Origin: Lichenicola sp.
GTDB lineage: Bacteria > Pseudomonadota > Alphaproteobacteria > Acetobacterales > Acetobacteraceae
Assembly (NCBI RefSeq): GCF_965198575.1
Contig: NZ_OZ240671.1
Location: forward strand, 3,567,044 to 3,631,043
Direction: 5' to 3'
Length of the DNA: 64,000 nt
The translations under genes and the position numbers were made by a program. The notes below the pieces were generated by a model. It saw nothing but the letters and a program-made list of their open reading frames with translations. It was not told the DNA's origin and did no database searches. Below, piece after piece: positions 10,401-18,814 of the stretch; the stretch's first letter is position 1, and every line of letters starts with the position of its first letter.

Positions 10401-11877
10401 CATACTCGTAGCCGGTGCTGATGACGGTGCCGGATCCGGTGGCACTGCCATCGATGAACAGGCTGCCGCCGGAGACCGTTTCCGACAACGCCGTCCCGCC
10501 GGCGTAAATCTCCTCGCGGGCAAGGATGGCGTCGTGCGTGAGCGTGCCACCGGAGCCGGCGTAGGTGGCGTTCTCGATCATGACGCCGCTGACGACGCCG
10601 CCTGCATCGGCGAGCAGCCGTCCGGCGCCGCCATAGATGCCGCCGGCGAGCGTGCCCGAGACCTGCAGACTGCCTTCCGCGGTGCCGTCATTCGTGACGG
10701 TGCCGAGCAGCAGGCCGTCAGCCAGGCCGGAGAGAATGCCGCCGGCCGCGATGGTGCCGCCGCTCATCACGCCGATGCCGCCGCCGTCCTGGTCGAGATA
10801 GAGCGTGCCGCTGACGAGGGCGTTGGTCTCGATGCCGCCGCCCCGGACATACTCGAAGCCGGTGCCGATGACGGTGCCGGAACCGGTGGCACCGGCGTCG
10901 ATGTAGAGGCTGCCGCCGGACACGGTTTCCGACAGCGCCGTGCCGCCGGTCTGGATCTCCTCGTAGGCAACGATGGTGTCGTGGGTGGCTGTGCCACCGG
11001 CACCGACATAGGTGGTGTTCTCGATCAAGACCCCCGAGATGACGCCCCCGGCATCTGCCTGCAGGCGCCCGCCACCGCTATAGACGCCGCCGCTGAGGAT
11101 GCCGGAGACGTCGAGGGTGCCTTCGGCAGTACCGCTATTCAGGACGGTGCCGAGCAGCAGGCCATCGGCCAGGCCAGAAAGAATGCCGCCAGCCACGATG
11201 GTGCCGCCGCTCATCCTGCCGACGCCGCCGCCGTCCGCATCGAGGAAGAGCGTGCCGCCGCTGCTGACGATGGCGCCGGTCTCGCTGCCGCCGCCACGGA
11301 CATACTCGAAGCCGGTGCTGATGACGGTGCCGGAACCGGTGGCACCGGCATCGATGTAGAGGCTGCCGCCGGACACGGTTTCCGACAGCGCCGTGCCGCC
11401 GGCCTGGATCTCCTCGTAGGCGAGGATCGTGTCGTGGGTGGCTGTGCCGCCGGCACCGACATAGGTGTCGTTCTCGACCGTCACGCCGCTGATGACGCCA
11501 CCGGCATCCACGAGCAGCCGTCCGCCACCGCTATAGACGCCGCCGGCAAGGGTGCCGGAGACCTGCAGGTTGCCCGCGGCAGTGCCGCTGTTGGTGACGG
11601 TCCCGAGCAGCAGACCGTCGGCCTCGCCGGATAGGAGGCCGCCGAGCTCGATGGTGCCACCGTCCAGGATGCCGATGCCGCCGCCGTCTTCGTCCAGATA
11701 GAGCGTGCCGCCGAGCAGTACGTCGGCGCCCATCTCGACACCGCCGCCATGCACCAGCTCGACACCGCCGACGATGACGGTGGTGTCGATTGCCGTGCCG
11801 CCCGCATCGACGATCACTTCATTGATCGGGCTCGCGATCAAACCGGTGCTGGTGGAGCCACTGGTGACTTCAGTCAT
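7483..11877 (-). CDS. Large Hint-domain protein with AIDA-like strand-loop-strand repeats (putative glycosylated adhesin, 1464 aa)
   Basis: About 950 aa of G/S/T-rich repeats, one PATR-like repeat, Hint domain PCFAAGT...SPDHALL...YFHVEL..H..L.AEG..AESYLDTGNR, then a C-terminal beta-rich domain (DDRRSLGVAV, GWW..E, WRWTDGEA); AGGA RBS. Confidence 0.9.
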   Translation of the reverse strand: MTEVTSGSTSTGLIASPINEVIVDAGGTAIDTTVIVGGVELVHGGGVEMGADVLLGGTLYLDEDGGGIGILDGGTIELGGLLSGEADGLLLGTVTNSGTAAGNLQVSGTLAGGVYSGGGRLLVDAGGVISGVTVENDTYVGAGGTATHDTILAYEEIQAGGTALSETVSGGSLYIDAGATGSGTVISTGFEYVRGGGSETGAIVSSGGTLFLDADGGGVGRMSGGTIVAGGILSGLADGLLLGTVLNSGTAEGTLDVSGILSGGVYSGGGRLQADAGGVISGVLIENTTYVGAGGTATHDTIVAYEEIQTGGTALSETVSGGSLYIDAGATGSGTVIGTGFEYVRGGGIETNALVSGTLYLDQDGGGIGVMSGGTIAAGGILSGLADGLLLGTVTNDGTAEGSLQVSGTLAGGIYGGAGRLLADAGGVVSGVMIENATYAGSGGTLTHDAILAREEIYAGGTALSETVSGGSLFIDGSATGSGTVISTGYEYVHGGGSETDAIVSSGGTLFLDADGNGVAMMSGGTIVAGGILSGLADGLLLGTVTNSGTAEGTLDVSGILSGGVYSGGGRLLADAGGVISGVTLENTTVVAAGGTATHDTIVAGEEAQNGGTALSETVSGGSLYIDAGATGSGTVIGTGFEYVRGGGIEINALVSGTLYLDQDGGGIGVMSGGTIAAGGILSGLADGLLLGTVTNDGTAEGSLQVSGILSGGVYSGGGRLQADAGGVISGVTLENTTLVAAGGTATHDTIVASEEVQTGGTALSETVSGGSLFIDDGATGSGTVISAGYELVHGGGSETDAVVSGTLYLDADGHGIGVMSGGTIAAGGVLSGYADGLLLGTVTNSGTADGNLQVSGTLTGGIYSGGGRLIADTGGVVSGVTLENTTYAEAGGTFTQDTILAYQEIQGGGTALSEILSAGGSLTIDAGGTGSATTITNGATELVRGGGSEINAMIESGGTLYVDADGNGYGNAIFAGGGTLTESGTISGGGDVIVSGPGTVVLATSNGYTGGSIISGGTLELGTVSAAGSGAISFADPGTLRIDTAAAPTNVISGFGSGDFIDLGAYAYSPGADSILVSGDTVTVTTPTGTVSLDIAGASTVMPRLDQAADGTILVEAPCFAAGTRLLGPAGEVAVEEVKAGDMLVVREDGRDLLRAVSWVGERRLEPARHPNPARVNPVRFAPGSLDVGIPSRPLRLSPDHALLLDGVLIAARQLVNGSSITIESVPAVHYFHVELERHGILIAEGAEAESYLDTGNRCMFSNGGAPLALHADFSRSDDSRAVAPLVTAAARVQPIWEALAARAVVLGHEVQKPATSRDAALQLVMTDGTSLEPEQRSPGGRHMFLLRPGCQTRLTLRSRHAAPADTMPWLDDRRSLGVAVGHICVWTSSGGLDPVAIGLETLEQGWWALEADETHAWRWTDGEADLMLPPEAILVEITVVATLEYPVVDTAPAAPRRLVASA
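8104..8520 (-). other. Hint (bacterial intein-like, Hint_2/BIL-A type) domain
   Basis: Cys1 codon at 8520-8518 (residue 1120), block B SPDH, C-terminal ESYLDTGN. Confidence 0.85.
9000..11800 (-). repeat. Intragenic tandem repeat, about 6 units of 447/453 bp (149/151 aa) with a 900-bp higher-order period
   Basis: Anchor TCCGACA at 11381, 10928, 10481, 10028, 9581, 9134 (spacings 453, 447, 453, 447, 447); 9761-9925 is identical to 10661-10825. Confidence 0.9.
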
Positions 11878-11892
11878 GTCTGGTGTTTCCTG

Positions 11893-13149
11893 TTATCGCT
11901 TGGCTGCAGCTGAAAGATCGCGAAGGCCGATGGCGCGCAGGCCGGACTTCACGTGTTCGGCAGTAATCGAGCGGGTGCACTCGAAGGCACGGTCGGTGCC
12001 CTTGTGACGCGGGCACCACAAATAATCGGCGTGGTCGAAACGGTACCGAGGGTCGTTCCAGCACGAGTTGCAGACGTGCCAGTTGATCACGCGGCCTGGC
12101 GTGGCGAACTCGTTGGTCGGATGCGTGAAGCCCGAGATCATCACCACCGGACAGCCGGCCGCCCAGGCGAGCCAGGCCAGTCCCGAAGAGCAACCGACGA
12201 AAGCCGCAGCGTGACGCAGCCAGCGCGCGCGCTCGATCAGCGGCCTGTCGCCGGTCTCGTCCTCGGCGCCATGCGGCATCGGCGTCCAGACCAGGCCCCT
12301 GCCGTGGACCTGCTCCCTGTCGATGCAGATCACCCGGTAGCCTTGCGACTTCAGGTGCCGGACGATCTCCAGCCAGCCATGCGGATTGGTCCATTTCTTG
12401 GCATGCGTGCTGGCCTGCACGGCGATGCAGACGTACGGCTCCGCGACCGGCCTGCTCTCGTCGGGAAAGAACAATTCGGGCGCTGCCTCGACCGGGTCGA
12501 CGCCCAGGATGTAGCCGGCCGTACGATGCAGGCCGACATGCCGAAAGTCGGTCGGCTGCCAGATGTTTTCAGCGTCGTCGAAGAACAGGCCTATATTATA
12601 CGTCGCGTAGTATCGGTCTGCTTCCACCTGCGCATGGCCGATGAACCGGATATGCGGATAGGCACCCTCGAACAACGGGATCAGCCGCTCCGCCATCGCC
12701 ACGGTCAGCCGGCACTCATGCACGGACTGGAACCGCACGGCGTAGGGCATCCAGCCGACGCTGTCGCCGATGGTTCCGACCGGTAAAGTGATCAGCACGT
12801 CGCGGTCGCATGCGTCGAAGCGGTGCGACATCAGGAGGACGCCGGCCGTGTCCCAGACCTCGAGCGAGAAGCGCACGAAGAAGCGCTTGCCGCTCTGGAT
12901 CGTGACCCCGCCGCGGGTGCTCTCGAACAGGATGTTGCCGGTGTCGAGGTCGCGCAGCCTTGCACGAAATTGTCCCAGGGGAAGCTGCAGCCGCGCACCC
13001 AGGTTGAAGTCGTAGCGGATCCCCACGGGCCCCTCCTGGGTCGGGCGCGCCGCCGGAGGCGGGAAATTGGGCATCCGGATCGGGGGCTCGTCCTTGACCT
13101 GCGCTGCCGGGCCGGCAGCTTCGAGATCGATCGGAAGCAGCTGGTTCAT
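11893..13149 (-). CDS. Autotransporter strand-loop-strand O-heptosyltransferase (Aah/TibC, BAHT family), copy 1
   Basis: GIRYDFNLGAR, TIGDSVGW (catalytic Asp), CIAVQASTHAKKWTNP, SSGLAWLAWA, Fe-binding CNSC...CPRH...FEC; start at 13149. Confidence 0.9.
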   Translation of the reverse strand: MNQLLPIDLEAAGPAAQVKDEPPIRMPNFPPPAARPTQEGPVGIRYDFNLGARLQLPLGQFRARLRDLDTGNILFESTRGGVTIQSGKRFFVRFSLEVWDTAGVLLMSHRFDACDRDVLITLPVGTIGDSVGWMPYAVRFQSVHECRLTVAMAERLIPLFEGAYPHIRFIGHAQVEADRYYATYNIGLFFDDAENIWQPTDFRHVGLHRTAGYILGVDPVEAAPELFFPDESRPVAEPYVCIAVQASTHAKKWTNPHGWLEIVRHLKSQGYRVICIDREQVHGRGLVWTPMPHGAEDETGDRPLIERARWLRHAAAFVGCSSGLAWLAWAAGCPVVMISGFTHPTNEFATPGRVINWHVCNSCWNDPRYRFDHADYLWCPRHKGTDRAFECTRSITAEHVKSGLRAIGLRDLSAAAKR

Positions 13150-14372
13150 GCGGCTCGCCCGACCCTGGCTGATACCGTCTGCCGGTGCGCGCCGAAGCCG
13201 GGGATGCGTTCGATCACCGTCTGCACGTGCTGAGCCGTGATCAGGCGGCTGCATTCGAATTGTCGGGCGGTGCCGGCATGCCGCGGGCAGAACAGGAAAT
13301 CGCGAGGGTTGAACTGGTGGCGGAGGTCGTTGGCGCAGCCGTTACAAGCGAAATCGTTGGTGACGCGGTACGTCGCCGCGAATTCGTTCAAAGGCAACGT
13401 GAAGCCGCCGATCATCACGACCTCGGTGCCGACCGCCCAGGCAAGCCAGGAGAGGCCGCTCGACAAACCGACAAAGAATGCAGCGTGGCGCAACCAGCGC
13501 GCCCTTTCCGAAAGCGGGCGGTCGCCGGTCTCGTCCTCGGCCCCGTGGGGGAGGTGGTTCCAGACCAGGCCGCTGCCGTTGACCGGCTGCCGGTCGATGC
13601 AGATCACCCGGTAGCCAGCCTGTTTCAGGAACGCGATGACCTGCGTCCAGCCAAGCGGATTGTTCCAGTATTTGGCCTGGCTCGTTGCTTGCGTCGCTAT
13701 GCACACATACGGCTCGTCGATCGGCCGGCCGCCCGGATCGATCGACAGCTTCGGGCGGCGATCCTCCAGCGACAATCCCAGGATGTGAGCAGCGGCGTGG
13801 GACAGCCCGACCTGACGATAATCGCTGGGTTGCCAGTCATGATCGTGGTCGTTGTAGAAGATACAGACCTTGTAGGTGGCGTAGAACGCCGTGCGTTCCA
13901 GCAGCGTCGCCAGCTCGGCGGCGGTCACGAGGCGCAGCTCCGGCTGCATCGAACCCAGGAGCGGCACGAGGGCCGGAGCGACGCAGCAGGTCACCCGAGC
14001 TGCATGGGCAACGGCGAATGAAGCGGCCTGGCCAATCCAGGCCAGCTGGTCGCCGAGCCCTCCAAGCTCCATCCGGATTAACACCTCGCGTTCGCGGAGG
14101 TCGAGCCGATGGTCGAAGACGAGGCTGCCGTCCAGCCGCAGTTCGATATGGAACCGGACGAAGTATTTCTTGAGGCTGAGGATCGTCCCGCCGGCAGAGG
14201 CTGCGTCGCACAACACGCTGCCGGTTTCCAGATCCGTCAGGCGCACCTGCCAATTCCCAGGCGGCAGCAGGATCCGGCACCCCTCATTGAAGTCGAAACG
14301 AACACCATGCGGGCCGATGCAGGCCGGAATGGCGGAAATCCTGGTCGATGCCGATACGGCCGGGGGGGTCAT
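13146..14372 (-). CDS. Autotransporter strand-loop-strand O-heptosyltransferase (Aah/TibC, BAHT family), copy 2
   Basis: GVRFDFNEGCR, GLGDQLAW, CIATQATSQAKYWNNP, SSGLSWLAWA, CNGC...CPRH...FEC; ATGA overlap with copy 1. Confidence 0.88.
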   Translation of the reverse strand: MTPPAVSASTRISAIPACIGPHGVRFDFNEGCRILLPPGNWQVRLTDLETGSVLCDAASAGGTILSLKKYFVRFHIELRLDGSLVFDHRLDLREREVLIRMELGGLGDQLAWIGQAASFAVAHAARVTCCVAPALVPLLGSMQPELRLVTAAELATLLERTAFYATYKVCIFYNDHDHDWQPSDYRQVGLSHAAAHILGLSLEDRRPKLSIDPGGRPIDEPYVCIATQATSQAKYWNNPLGWTQVIAFLKQAGYRVICIDRQPVNGSGLVWNHLPHGAEDETGDRPLSERARWLRHAAFFVGLSSGLSWLAWAVGTEVVMIGGFTLPLNEFAATYRVTNDFACNGCANDLRHQFNPRDFLFCPRHAGTARQFECSRLITAQHVQTVIERIPGFGAHRQTVSARVGRAA

Positions 14373-14465
14373 GATGCTTCAGTCGGCAAGTATAACCCAG
14401 TCATCGAAGTCGCCTCACGGTGCCGTCGCGTCGTGAGCGGCAAGCTAGGCAGGGGTCGTGAAACA

Positions 14466-14489
14466 GTCGTCATGCATATGCATGACGAC
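14466..14489. promoter_or_regulatory. Perfect 24-bp palindrome, candidate operator
   Basis: GTCGTCATGCAT-ATGCATGACGAC between the divergent heptosyltransferase operon and the LuxR-type gene. Confidence 0.55.
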
Positions 14490-14607
14490 CATTCCTTTCC
14501 CGTTTTATTACCGCTCGTTCAGGGCAGTCTCGTTACTCTCCCGCTTTACAATAGCGCGGCTGCGATTAGGCTTCCGACCCAGTCCAAGGGCTGCCAATGG
14601 TGTCGCG

Positions 14608-15756
14608 GTGATCGATTTCGACCGTCTCGACGGTGCCCTTGAACTTATATACGACGCTGCGGTCGATCGACACCGACAACCTCGACTGCTCGCGGAACTT
14701 GCAAGTCTTTTCAACGCGCACTTCTCGGACAGCTTCACTCGAACTGTCGATTTTTCCACTTTCAGCGGCAGGGTCCATGGTCTCGACCGTCGTGATTACG
14801 AAGACGAGTTTCTCGGAATATGGGTCAAGCGGAATGTCTGGAGTCAGAAGCGTCCGGTCGTCAGGGCGGGCGAGATTTTGACAACGCGGGACATGGTTTC
14901 GATCAGCGACCTGCGAGCAAGCGAACTCTTCAACGAATATCTCGACGTCCGCGGGCTGCACGAGGGCCTGAGGTTCGACCTGTTCGCCGATACGGAAGTC
15001 ATCGAGGATATTTCCATTCTGCGCGACTGGAAGGCGGGCCCGTTCCAGGCAGGAGAACTCCGGGCGGCACGAGTACTGCTGCCGCATCTGTGCCGGTCCC
15101 GGATGGTCAGCCGGCGGCTGGACGAGGCCAAGATGCTCGCAGGGGCCGGGCTGGCCGCGCTGGACCAGATCAGGACGGCGATCCTGGTGCTGGACCGGCG
15201 TGGCCGTGCGATCCACCGGAACGCTGCCGGCCGCCGGCTGCTCGACGCCGGTGACGGCCTCGTCCTGACCGCCACGGGGTTGGCCGCAGCAAACAGCACG
15301 GAGACCCGTCGATTGGAGGTGATGATCAGCCGTGCTGCGGGTGTACACGGTCGTCCGGGACGATCCGGAGCGATCCGACTGCAGAGGCCGGCTGGTGGCC
15401 CGGCGCTCCTGCTCATTGCGTTGCCGCTTCCGGAAGGGCGGCCACCAGCGGAGAGCGAGCCGATCGCGGAACTCCTGCCACTGTCGTCTCCGCGCGTGCT
15501 GCTGACGATCATCGACCCGGCGGTGCGTGGTCTATTGCCGCAGAGCCAGCTCGTGGCGCTCTTTGACCTGACGCCGGCGGAGGCACATCTCGCGACCGAG
15601 CTGCTTGGCGGCGACGACCTGCAGGCGATCGCAACGCGGAGCGGCCGCAGTATCAACACCGTCAGAAGCCTGCTTGGACGGTTGATGTCCAAGACCGAAA
15701 CCCGGCGACAGTCCGAGCTGATGCGGATGCTGTCCCAGCTCCCTGCTGCGGCATGA
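14608..15756 (+). CDS. LuxR-type HTH transcriptional regulator with N-terminal sensor/PAS-like region
   Basis: C-terminal LFDLTPAEAHLA..L..G..L..IA...G.S..TVR..L..L..KT.T.RQSEL; PAS-like ILVLDRRGRAIHRNAAG; start uncertain (GTG 14608 versus track start 14458). Confidence 0.85.
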   Translation: MIDFDRLDGALELIYDAAVDRHRQPRLLAELASLFNAHFSDSFTRTVDFSTFSGRVHGLDRRDYEDEFLGIWVKRNVWSQKRPVVRAGEILTTRDMVSISDLRASELFNEYLDVRGLHEGLRFDLFADTEVIEDISILRDWKAGPFQAGELRAARVLLPHLCRSRMVSRRLDEAKMLAGAGLAALDQIRTAILVLDRRGRAIHRNAAGRRLLDAGDGLVLTATGLAAANSTETRRLEVMISRAAGVHGRPGRSGAIRLQRPAGGPALLLIALPLPEGRPPAESEPIAELLPLSSPRVLLTIIDPAVRGLLPQSQLVALFDLTPAEAHLATELLGGDDLQAIATRSGRSINTVRSLLGRLMSKTETRRQSELMRMLSQLPAAA

Positions 15757-16335
15757 ACCCGCACCGCTCAGGGATTGCGATCAGGCCAATTCGGGCACGA
15801 CCTTGGCAACGCCGCTGTCGCCTGATGCCAACCTTGCCGCGACGCTGAATTCATCGATGTCCGCCCGATCTGCATCGCCTTGTAACCGAAATGGCGTTCA
15901 ATCGATCGCCCGGATGTCGTCGTGCCGTCACGAAGTGCCCCTGCAGAGCCAATGCGGCTTGCAGACGCTGACGGAACGCCACGAGAAGATGACAGCCTGA
16001 TCCGCGTGATGATCCGCGTGGTAATTGTGGGATCAGCTACGGTTGAGGACGTTGCCGGAGGTGGCGATCACCGAAAAGGTGACACCGTCCCGAAGTACTG
16101 CAGCATGTGCGACGCCGTCGCTGCCGCGATATCACGTTGCGTCCCATCATAGACGCCGCCTGATCTTCCGTGCATGTGTCGAACATCGATCATGATCACG
16201 AAAAAGCAAGGCCGGGGCACAATGCGACGCCGCTGCGACACTGATGGGACGCCGTGCACGCAGCGTCCCGCGTTCGGTTGATCGAAGCTCCCCGACACCG
16301 CCCCGATCGGCCGGAACTCAGCCCAGGTCGGGAGC

Positions 16336-17070
16336 TCATGACCCGATCATGGCCTTGGCCGCCGCGAGGTAGGTACGTCCGATCCTGACCTCCGTCCCGC
16401 CAGCGAGCGCCGCGTGCCAGGCGCCCAGGCCGTCGTGACGCAGTCGCGTGATCGCCGCACGCCGCACGATGACCGACCGATGCAGCCGCAGGAAGCGTTC
16501 GGGATCGAGCTTGCGCTCCAGCTCGCCCAGCGTTCGATGCACCAGATAGCTGCGTGCCCCCACATGCAGCCGCATTTAGTCGCGCTCCGCCTCGATCCGG
16601 TCGATCTCGGCGACGGAAAGTCGGATCATCTCCGACCGGTGCGGGACCCAGAGCTCCTCGACCCAGGGTGAGGACGTGGTCCTGCCGACGGCGGGCGCGG
16701 CGTCCGATACGCGGGCCACCGCCTTGGCCAGCCGCTCGAGCTCCACAGGCTTGAGCAGGTAATCGCTGGCGGCGACGTCGAAGGCGCTCACCGCGAACTG
16801 GTCGAACGCGGTGCAGAACACCAAGGCCGGACGGACGGGTCGTCGCTCCAGGGCGCGTGCCACCGCCAGTCCGTCCAGGCCCGGCATGGAGATGTCGAGC
16901 AGGATCAGGTCGGGTGACAGCGCCTCGATCAGCCGTAGCGCAGCCTCGCCGTCGGATGCGGCCCCCACCAGCTCCACCGCGTCCAACCGGGCGCAGAGCA
17001 CCTGCAGCCGCTCCACCGCGAGCGGCTCGTCGTCCACCACCAGGGTGCGCAGGGGGCGATCAGCCGGCAC
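16336..17070 (-). pseudogene. LytTR-family response regulator interrupted by an in-frame TAA
   Basis: REC domain (LVVDDEPLA, LLDISMP, FCTA, LLKP); IEAERD*MRLHV, where TAA at 16576-16578 replaces the expected Tyr; the LytTR domain continues in frame to 16336. Confidence 0.8.
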
Positions 17071-18241
17071 GGTGCGCCAGGGGCAGCGTGAGCTCGACCC
17101 GGAAGCCGCCCCCGGGTCCGCGCACCCAGCGGCAGCCGGCCGCGTCGCCATAGCGGGCGGCCAGGCGGTCAGAGACGTTGCGCAGGCCGACGTCCGTGCC
17201 ATCTGCTCCGTCACCGGCGGCCGGCGCCCCGTCATCCGCCACCGACAGAACAAGCCTGGCACCAACCAATTCCGCGCGAAGCGTGATCGTCACCGGGCGC
17301 GCGGTCGCCGACACGCCGTGCTTGACCGCATTCTCCACCAGCGGCTGCAGGATCAGTCCCGGCACGCGCACACTCCCGAGTTCCGGAGGATAGTCGATGT
17401 CGACGATCAGGCGCTCGGGGAAGCGCACGGCCTCGATGTCCAGGTAGAGCCGCTGCAGTGCGATTTCCTCGGCGAGGGTGACGTCCTGGGTCGGGTCGCC
17501 GCTGAGGCTGGTGCGGAAGAAGATCGACAGGTTCACGATCATCCGCTCCGCCGCCTGCGAGCGGCCGGTCATCACCAGGCTGGAGAGCGAGTTCAGGGTG
17601 TTGAACAGGAAGTGCGGATTGACCTGGTAGCGCAACGCACGGAGTTCGGCTGACTGGGCGGTGGCCCGAAGCTCCGCGCCGCGCCGTTCCAGGGCGCGCA
17701 CCTCGCCGGCGTATTGGAGGGCCAGGTACAGGGCTGACCAGGCGATGAACAGGAAGTAGCCATCCGCCGTGGTGCCGATGATCTGCTCGGACAGAGTTTC
17801 GTCGTCGCAATCGAGCTGGCCGAGAGCCAGTCCGCCGCCTGCCGCAGCACCGGCCATGGTGCTCCCGGCACGCGGGCATCCCCAGCTTTGCCCGGGGACC
17901 AGCCCGCCGCCAGGCACGGCGATCGGAACGGCAAACACCAACGCGTTCAGGATCGAGTAGGCCAGGGCAGCCGGCAGGGCGATCGCTGCGGCGGCCACGA
18001 TGCTGCGCGGCAACGATCCCGCCATCCGTTTCAAGAGCCGGTGGACCGCCCAGGTCACCCCCATCATCAGCAGGATCACCACGGCGCGCCGGGCGATCAT
18101 GTCCCATTGGTGCGGCCGCGCGACGGCGACGGCGCGGACCGTGCTGACCAGGAAGTAGAGCAGCCAGAAGCCGACGATCGACGCCCAGGCCGTATCGAGG
18201 TGTCGCACCCTGAGGGGCGTTCGAGGTCTCGGTGCGTGCAT
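17060..18241 (-). CDS. LytS/YehU-family membrane sensor histidine kinase
   Basis: TM helices; LRYQVNPHFLFNTLNS, LILQPLVENAVKHG; overlaps the response regulator start; start approximate. Confidence 0.88.
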   Translation of the reverse strand: MHAPRPRTPLRVRHLDTAWASIVGFWLLYFLVSTVRAVAVARPHQWDMIARRAVVILLMMGVTWAVHRLLKRMAGSLPRSIVAAAAIALPAALAYSILNALVFAVPIAVPGGGLVPGQSWGCPRAGSTMAGAAAGGGLALGQLDCDDETLSEQIIGTTADGYFLFIAWSALYLALQYAGEVRALERRGAELRATAQSAELRALRYQVNPHFLFNTLNSLSSLVMTGRSQAAERMIVNLSIFFRTSLSGDPTQDVTLAEEIALQRLYLDIEAVRFPERLIVDIDYPPELGSVRVPGLILQPLVENAVKHGVSATARPVTITLRAELVGARLVLSVADDGAPAAGDGADGTDVGLRNVSDRLAARYGDAAGCRWVRGPGGGFRVELTLPLAHRAG

Positions 18242-18481
18242 GAAGACGTATAGCCCGTGGACCGGCTCCACGCAGATCCTTTTCGCGTCGTTCATCGAGC
18301 CCGGTGCGCGGTTGGTCGAAGACCGGTTCCGATCGGGCCGGTCGCTGGGCAGGATCGCGCGACGCGCTTCTCCCCTGTGGGAGACGAAGCCTGCGATGAT
18401 GCGGATCATCCGTCCCGCGGTGTTCCACCAGATAGGAAAATCGGTGAACGAAACTCTACCAGATGACGACGCAGCGCTGCC

Positions 18482-18772
18482 ATGCTCGACAACATCATGC
18501 TCTACCGGCTGACGGCAAAGGCCGCCTCGTCGGCGCGGCTGCATGCGCAAAGCTTCACGGCCCACACCGGGCGACAAATGCTGGATGTTCCGGTCGGCGT
18601 CGGCCTGTTTCCGGAAGAGATCGACCTGCCGCCGCGGATCCGGGGCGAGCGGACCTATCCCAGGCTCTTCTCCTGGACCCGCGCGCCGAGGGGAGGCCAT
18701 TTCGAGGCGTTCGAGCAGCCCGCGCTGTTCACCTCGGAACTGCGGGCGTGTTTCGCGAGTGTCCGGACCTAG
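18482..18772 (+). pseudogene. C-terminal fragment of an epoxide hydrolase
   Basis: LDNIMLY, ASSARL, VPVGVGLFPEEI..PPR, PRGGHFEAFEQP; the N-terminal three quarters, including the nucleophile, are absent. Confidence 0.75.
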
Positions 18773-18814
18773 GCCAGCGTCGGGCCTCGTCGATTAAGAA
18801 AAGGAAATGCTCCC

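Noticed and set aside
7792-11634. 1280-aa plus-strand ORF
   Set aside because: In-frame antisense shadow of the Hint protein, with typical high-GC shadow composition and no motifs.
9000-11800. Long direct repeats as a CRISPR array or duplicated mobile element
   Set aside because: Unit lengths are multiples of 3, lie inside one ORF and have no unique spacers; they are protein repeats.
15998-16021. 12-bp tandem repeat TGATCCGCGTG(A/G) as a LytTR site
   Set aside because: The copies are adjacent without the spacer typical of LytTR sites and no gene start is nearby; probably a slippage duplication.
15757-16335. Short ORFs in the gap after the LuxR gene (also 5845-6072 and 7105-7482)
   Set aside because: No recognisable motifs or RBS; may be degraded coding DNA but not assignable.
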